Positions 58,885-64,000 of a stretch of 64,000 nt of DNA are shown piece by piece. The stretch comes from Tepidisphaera sp. (GTDB lineage Bacteria; Planctomycetota; Phycisphaerae; Phycisphaerales; UBA1924). Every line of letters begins with the position of its first letter. Positions within the stretch are counted from its first letter, which is position 1. The stretch is from NCBI GenBank assembly GCA_050916045.1, contig CP051526.1, positions 256,001 to 320,000 on the forward strand, read 5' to 3'. The position numbers were made by a program, and so were the translations under genes. The notes beneath the pieces are model-generated. The model was not told where the DNA came from, ran no database searches, and was given only the letters and a program-made list of their open reading frames with translations.

Positions 58885-59585
58885 AGCCCGCAGGGCTCGA
58901 AGGTAGTAGCCGGGGGCAACGCCCCCGGTCGGAAGCGCGTGGGGGCGAGACCCTGCAAGGGTCGGATCAACCCCAGACGAGGCTTTCGTCGTACTCGACG
59001 CGGTACTTCGCGAGGAGATCGCGGAATTCGTCCTGGAAGGAGCGGGTGCGGTGGTGATGCTCTTGGTTCGCGATGTAGCGCATAAGGGAGTCGGCTTGGC
59101 TTTCGCCGATGGTGAACGCTCCGTAGCCCTCTTGCCAGGCGAAGTGCTCGAAGGCGGGCCCCTTGGTCTTGATCCACCGCGACGAGTCGCGTTTGAGGTG
59201 CATGAGGAGATCCGCGCAGGCGATGTTCTTCGAGAGAGAGATGAGGAGGTGAACATGGTCGGCGACGCCGCCGATCGCGAGCGCGGGCGAGTCGTGGTTG
59301 CGTGCGATGCCGGCGAGGTACTTGTGGAGTTCGGTCGCGATGGTGTCGGCGATGAAGGGTTCGCGGTGCTTGGTGGAGAAGACCACGTGGAGAAGCAGGC
59401 GCGTGAGGGTTTGGGCCATGGGGCGAGTTTACATGGAGGGTGTTTGCGCGGGAGTGAACGGGTCGCGATGGGGAGGCGCGTATCCGACCCTTGCAGGGTC
59501 GGGGGAAATGGGGGCGGGACGCGTGGACCCGTGGGCGTTGACCGGGGGCGTTGCCCCCGGCTACTTCATGGCAGCCCTGCGGGCT
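58885..59585. mobile_element. REPtron/IS200-like element: tnpA between inverted triple-hairpin ends
   Basis: Left 58885-58967 and right 59482-59585 are reverse complements in three blocks: AGCCCGCAGGGC, GTAGCCGGGGGCAACGCCCCCGGTC, GACCCTGCAAGGGTCGGAT. Confidence 0.85.
58967..59419 (-). CDS. tnpA: IS200/IS605-family (RAYT-like) HUH Y1 transposase
   Basis: HVVFSTKHR, DHVHLL (HUH), KRDSS, FAWQEGY, YIANQ (catalytic Tyr); no tnpB. Confidence 0.93.
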   Translation of the reverse strand: MAQTLTRLLLHVVFSTKHREPFIADTIATELHKYLAGIARNHDSPALAIGGVADHVHLLISLSKNIACADLLMHLKRDSSRWIKTKGPAFEHFAWQEGYGAFTIGESQADSLMRYIANQEHHHRTRSFQDEFRDLLAKYRVEYDESLVWG

Positions 59586-59655
59586 GCGGAGGCAATGTGG
59601 ATCCGGCGTTCGAGGAGGTTGGGAGGGTGCGGCGTTGTTTGGCGGATCAGATTCT

Positions 59656-59703
59656 GACTCCCGGAGGAAGCGGGAGTCGGTGGCACGAGGGGTTGGTGCC
59701 ACC
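59656..59703. repeat. Double-hairpin repeat, copy A
   Basis: GACTCCCG-gaggaag-CGGGAGTC + GGTGGCAC-n9-GTGCCACC. Confidence 0.85.
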
Positions 59704-59710
59704 CGCCTCA

Positions 59711-60148
59711 TCAGTCGTAGATGTGAACGGCGGCTTCCCAGGCGCTGAGTGTGTAGATGCGGACGCAGACGATGAGGAGGAGGGCGCAGGCGAAGAGCCA
59801 GCCGAGGTGTGGGCGGGCGTGGCGGAGGGCGAGGGGGAGGGCGAGACTGGAGGCGGGCTGGTCGAGGGCTTGGAAGAAGCGGGAGAAGGCTTTGGCGAAG
59901 GTGGTGCAGACGAGTGCGTAGGTGAGGGGCATCAGGAAGCAGCCGGCGGAGAGTGCTCGGACCATCGCGTGTTCGCCGCTTGTGATGTTGGCGGAGCGGA
60001 ACGGGGTGAGTTCGCCGGTGTCGCGACGCTCGGTGAAGGGGATGAAGGGTGAGCCGTGCTGGTGAGCGATGGCGAAGTTGAGCGATTCCGTGAGGCCCCA
60101 CCAGGCGAGGACGCTCACGACGAGGATGAGGTGGAGGTTGCGGTGCAT
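59711..60148 (-). CDS. Hypothetical 3-TM membrane protein
   Basis: Hydrophobic segments; TATCGT 7 nt before ATG; lies between repeat copies A and B. Confidence 0.65.
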   Translation of the reverse strand: MHRNLHLILVVSVLAWWGLTESLNFAIAHQHGSPFIPFTERRDTGELTPFRSANITSGEHAMVRALSAGCFLMPLTYALVCTTFAKAFSRFFQALDQPASSLALPLALRHARPHLGWLFACALLLIVCVRIYTLSAWEAAVHIYD

Positions 60149-60214
60149 CCGTCGGACGATACGGAGCGGAGGGGTGGCGGTTGCGGGAGGGGTGGGGCGT
60201 GGTGGTTTGAGCAT

Positions 60215-60274
60215 CGATCGCCGGAGGAACCGGCGATCGGTGGCACGGGTGGACGTGCGTTGATCGGTGCCACC
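60215..60274. repeat. Double-hairpin repeat, copy B
   Basis: CGATCGCCGG-aggaa-CCGGCGATCG + GGTGGCAC-n20-GTGCCACC. Confidence 0.85.
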
Positions 60275-60424
60275 AGCCGCCGCAACGCTGGAATGGAGCG
60301 ACAGCCCGGCCCGGCGCTCCGCCGGGCCGCCCGAGCACGACGCCAGCCCCGCGAGCGGCTCGCGAGGAGACGTCAGCGTCGTTGGGTGGGGGTGAGGTGG
60401 GGGGCGTGGGGGTGGTTCGGGCAC

Positions 60425-60474
60425 CGACTTCCGGAGGAACCGGGAGTCGATGGCACGCAGAGTCGGTGCCACCC
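60425..60474. repeat. Double-hairpin repeat, copy C
   Basis: CGACTTCCGG-aggaa-CCGGGAGTCG + ATGGCAC...GTGCCACC. Confidence 0.85.
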
Positions 60475-60514
60475 GACAGCGTGGACTGATGGCATCCAAT
60501 GGAGGCCCCCGCCT

Positions 60515-61747
60515 TTAACTCTGGGGGATTCCGCTCTGCTGGGAGTCGATCACCATCTCGTCCGCAGGTGCCGGAGCAGGCTTCACTTCGAATAGAGAAA
60601 GAGAGGCGAGCTTAGCTTCGTACTTTGAGATCGCTTCGTCGACTTCGATCTTTTGGAGCTTGATCTGAGTTTCGAGATCGGTTTCCGTTCCATAGATATC
60701 GTAAAGAAAACTCAGAACGCTGTCTTCACGGTTGCGATAAGTGATCTTGTCAAATCGAGGGTAGAATCTGGACTGCGTCGATTGACGCAGCCACCACAAG
60801 TGAGATTTGACATCCTGCGATGAGAGCGATTGCTCCAAGTCTGAGATGGCGCGGGACGCTCGGACTTGAACGATGCATGAAACCAGCCATTGATAGTGGC
60901 GGAACGAGTGATGTGCTCCGGGAAGAACACGGACCCTCTTGATGAATTGCTCCCACACATCGTACGTGTGCACGAGCTGGGGACCGGATATGGCATCTAC
61001 GGTTCTGAATCCAAACACCTTTCTTGCAACGCCCGCGGCTAGCATCTCGTGGTACATGAACATAGACCAGCAATACGAAAAAAGTGGATAGCACGCAAAG
61101 ACGATGTCGAGGAACTTGTCGTGGGGGCGTGGTCTTCCTGTCGGGGTTTTGCTCGTCGCTCGCGGAAAGTCGGTGATCGGGGCTCCCGGGTTCTTTGACG
61201 CCCACTCTCGAACAGCAAGCCGAAAGGACCACAGCTCGAGTTGATCCATGGCGATCGCGGATATGCTGCTTCGGGCGTTGCGATCGGATTCGCGATCATC
61301 GTGAAGACTAATGCTAAGCCAATCGTGAATCAATTTCGACTCCAGTTCGCGAAACCGAGAGATGGTCTCTCGCAGATGCTCGACCGTTCGGTCTCGCATG
61401 TGCTGCTTTCGCTCGCCGATTCGCCGACTATTGTTTTGAGTGAGCTCCACGATGGCTGTAATCAGCGCACCTACGGCTACGGACGCCGTGATCGCACTTA
61501 TGACGCCGCCGATCACGTCGAATGTCGGCTGGAGATAGACTGCTCCAAAAGCAATGATGGGTAGTATCAAGAGAAACGCAATGCCTGACCTGATCAGAAA
61601 GTACCGCAGACGAGTGGATAGGCTGTGGTACTTTGTGTGCTTCCGGCGTCGAGCATCCGAGATTTCATCCTCATCCCGGATCATTCGCCCGAGATCTCGA
61701 AGTGGAGAGCGAGACACGGGATTGGATCGAGCAGCGGATTTGTTCAT
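60515..61747 (-). CDS. Hypothetical 2-TM protein, low GC, probably horizontally acquired
   Basis: 410-aa ORF; two adjacent TMs near the N-terminus; AGGTG SD; many A/T-ending codons. Confidence 0.75.
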   Translation of the reverse strand: MNKSAARSNPVSRSPLRDLGRMIRDEDEISDARRRKHTKYHSLSTRLRYFLIRSGIAFLLILPIIAFGAVYLQPTFDVIGGVISAITASVAVGALITAIVELTQNNSRRIGERKQHMRDRTVEHLRETISRFRELESKLIHDWLSISLHDDRESDRNARSSISAIAMDQLELWSFRLAVREWASKNPGAPITDFPRATSKTPTGRPRPHDKFLDIVFACYPLFSYCWSMFMYHEMLAAGVARKVFGFRTVDAISGPQLVHTYDVWEQFIKRVRVLPGAHHSFRHYQWLVSCIVQVRASRAISDLEQSLSSQDVKSHLWWLRQSTQSRFYPRFDKITYRNREDSVLSFLYDIYGTETDLETQIKLQKIEVDEAISKYEAKLASLSLFEVKPAPAPADEMVIDSQQSGIPQS

Positions 61748-61946
61748 CGGTGTCTTTCACCTGTTTATGTGCGGCTGATCGATCTTTATCAAGTACTTGT
61801 GCGAATGAGTGATGACGCCTGCGACTCATCTCTGTGCCGGCGGCAGAATCGGCGGCGGAAGAGTTCGCGGCGATCATACTCGAAAGTTCATGCCCATGAA
61901 TGTCTCAAGCATGACGAACTCGCATGGCGAGAAAGCTGTAACGACG

Positions 61947-63170
61947 CTACAAATTCCCCCGCTTCTCCTGCTCCAGTTCCAGGGCTTCGAAGAGGGCTTT
62001 AAAATTCCCCTTGCCGAAGGCTTGGCTGCCGCGGCGGCAGATGATCTCGAAGAAGAGCGTCGGGCGGTCCTGGAGCGGCTTGGTGAAGAGCTGGAGGAGG
62101 TAGCCCTCATCGTCGGCGTCGACGAGGATGCCCAGCTCGCGGACCTTCTGGTGGTCTTCCTTCACGCTCTTGCCGATCGAGGCCAGCATGGGCTCGATGC
62201 GCTTCCAGCACTGCTCGTAGTAGGAGTCGGGGATCGAGAGGAAGTCCACGCCGCGGGAGCGGAGGGCGGCGATCGAGTGGAGCTCATCGTCGGTGCGGAG
62301 GGCCAGGTGCTGGACGCCGGGGGTGTTGTTGTGCCAGTCGAGGTATTCCTGCACCTGGGACTTCTTCTTGCCGGGGGCGGGCTCGTTGATGGGCATCTTG
62401 ATGAGGCCTTGGCCGGAGGCCATGACCTTGGACATCAGGGCGGAGTAGTCGGTCGCGATGTCCTTGTCGTCGAAGGACATGAACATCTTGAAGCCAAGGA
62501 CATCCTCGTAGAACTTCACCCAGTGGTTCATCTTGCCGAGCTCGACGTTGCCGACGAGGTGGTCGGTGTACTTGAGGCCCGCGGGGTTCCTCGCGTTGTA
62601 GTCGTTGAGGTTCTTGAAGAGCTTGGTCTGCTGGAAGCCGGGCATGAAGCGGCCCGTGCCAGTGCCGTGGGCTTGCTTGACGCTGGGGAGGTGGTAGGGC
62701 CCGGACTGGGGCCGCTGGACGAAGGTGTGGATGACTTCGCCGTAGGTCTTGATGGCGGCGGTGATGACGGTGCCGTCGGCGTCTTTGTGCTCGGTGGGTT
62801 CCTGAGCGGAGGTGCCGCCGTTTTTGATGGCTTGCTTCCAGGCGGCGGCGGCGTCGTGGACGGTGAAGGCGACGTCCTTGACGCCATCGCCGAAGAGGGC
62901 GACGTGGCGCGAGGCGGGGTGGTCCTTGGTGAGGCCGGAGGTGAGGATGAAGCGGATGTTGCCCTGGGTGAGGTAGTAGTGGGCGGCTTCGCGGCTGCCG
63001 GTGGTCTGGTCGGAGACCTGTTCGCAGGTGAAGCCGAAGCAGTGGCAGTAGAAGTAGGCGGCCTGCTTGGCGTTGCCGCAGTAGAACCGGACGTGGTCGA
63101 CGTCGATGAGGAGGAGGGGGTCGGTGGCGGGCTGGATTTTGGCGGCGGCGGCGGGGTTGAGGGTGGTCAT
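61947..63170 (-). CDS. hppD: 4-hydroxyphenylpyruvate dioxygenase
   Basis: DHLVGNV, SALMSKV, MPINEP, GVQHLAL, GYLLQLFTKP, FFEII, FGKGNFKALFEA. Confidence 0.97.
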   Translation of the reverse strand: MTTLNPAAAAKIQPATDPLLLIDVDHVRFYCGNAKQAAYFYCHCFGFTCEQVSDQTTGSREAAHYYLTQGNIRFILTSGLTKDHPASRHVALFGDGVKDVAFTVHDAAAAWKQAIKNGGTSAQEPTEHKDADGTVITAAIKTYGEVIHTFVQRPQSGPYHLPSVKQAHGTGTGRFMPGFQQTKLFKNLNDYNARNPAGLKYTDHLVGNVELGKMNHWVKFYEDVLGFKMFMSFDDKDIATDYSALMSKVMASGQGLIKMPINEPAPGKKKSQVQEYLDWHNNTPGVQHLALRTDDELHSIAALRSRGVDFLSIPDSYYEQCWKRIEPMLASIGKSVKEDHQKVRELGILVDADDEGYLLQLFTKPLQDRPTLFFEIICRRGSQAFGKGNFKALFEALELEQEKRGNL

Positions 63171-63355
63171 TGGCAGGGCTCCCGGGGTGTGCTTTGCGGA
63201 CTGGAAACTATAGGGGACGGGTGTTCCCTGAAGCGTTTCATCCGGGCGGCGGGAGCGGTGGGAGCGGTGGGGGCGGTGGGGGCCTTGGGGGCGGGAAGGG
63301 CTTGGGTCGCCGTCAGGCGGCCGCAAGCCGGATCGTGGAAGTGAGGTTTGGGTGC

Positions 63356-64000
63356 TTAGCAGCCTTCTTCGAAAGCCTGGACGAAGTCGGCGTAGTCGAA
63401 GAAGTCGATGAAGTCATCGCCGTTGAAGTCGCCGGGGCAGGCGGGGGCGATGGCGGCGACGTGGAGGTAGCCGGAGACGGATTTGGTGTCGCAGGGGTTG
63501 GAGATTCGGCATTCGTAGATGCCCGCGTCGGTCTGCTGGGCGTTGAAGATGGTGAGTGTGGGGGTGTTCACGCCGGTGATTCTGGCTGTGGCGCGGATGG
63601 AGTTGCCGTTGCGGTACCAGCGGAAGAGGGCTCCGGGCGAGGGGGAGCTGGCGGTGAACTGGGCGGTGCCGCCTGGGGCGACGGCCTGGTTGGCGGGGCC
63701 GGACTGGATCTGAATGGCTCCGCCGGTGATGGACTGGAGGGCTCCGAGTTCGCCGGGAACGTTTTGGAAGACGGCATCGGGGAGCGAGTCGTTGTTGATG
63801 TCGGCGATGACGACGGGGTATCTTCCGACGCTGTCCATTCCGAACTGGCCGAAGGACGCCGGTCCCGCGAAGGCGAGATCGACGCCCTTGAGGTAGAGAA
63901 CCAAGCTGAGTGGTTTGTTTGTGTCGCCCTGGAGTGCGAGCAGATCCTCGCGTCCGTCGGCGTTCAAGTCGGCGACGGCAAGGCTTCGGACGACGCCGAG
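63356..64000 (-). CDS. FG-GAP repeat + Ig domain + GC-type dockerin-like protein (5' part outside window)
   Basis: ADLNADGREDL, ADINNDSLPD, FRWYRNG...DAGIYEC; ends DFNGDDFIDFFDYADFVQAFEEGC. Confidence 0.85.
   Translation of the reverse strand, partial: LGVVRSLAVADLNADGREDLLALQGDTNKPLSLVLYLKGVDLAFAGPASFGQFGMDSVGRYPVVIADINNDSLPDAVFQNVPGELGALQSITGGAIQIQSGPANQAVAPGGTAQFTASSPSPGALFRWYRNGNSIRATARITGVNTPTLTIFNAQQTDAGIYECRISNPCDTKSVSGYLHVAAIAPACPGDFNGDDFIDFFDYADFVQAFEEGC

Noticed and set aside
59656..60474. CRISPR repeats, integron attC sites, or a tracrRNA-like GGCACCGA..TCGGTGC hairpin
   Set aside because: Spacing is irregular (about 560 and 210 nt), there are no RYYYAAC/GTTRRRY boxes, no integrase or Cas gene, and the short GC stem match is expected by chance
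59420..60500. tnpB/iscB gene or its remnant beside tnpA
   Set aside because: No RuvC or zinc-finger motifs in any listed frame

Overview
High-GC bacterial chromosomal DNA, most likely Planctomycetota (Phycisphaerae-like). This call is inferred from three C-terminal 'DFNGDxFVDFFDYDxFVxxFExGC' dockerin-like domains and a PVC-type DUF58/BatA/vWA operon. The window holds about 57 CDSs, mostly housekeeping genes in short or single-gene units (tpiA, skp, atpA, nuoB, thiS, ubiD-family, nnrD, lgt, tatD, scoB, mtnN, pdxH, ohr, hppD). No rRNA, tRNA or CRISPR array was seen. Main points of interest: (1) a stand-alone HUH/Y1 transposase in inverted GTAG-hairpin ends (REPtron-like), followed by a second family of covarying double-hairpin repeats that bracket orphan genes like cassettes; (2) an in-frame LpxD-LpxC fusion; (3) a TAnnnT box 5-9 nt before the start codon of about 20 genes, suggesting widespread leaderless transcription; (4) a 7-gene Bat-like envelope operon with no MoxR ATPase; (5) two arrays with 21/42-bp periodicity; (6) a hairpin-rich sRNA candidate; (7) G/C skew domains that ignore gene orientation. 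All calls come from reading motifs by eye; no searches or folding programs were run.
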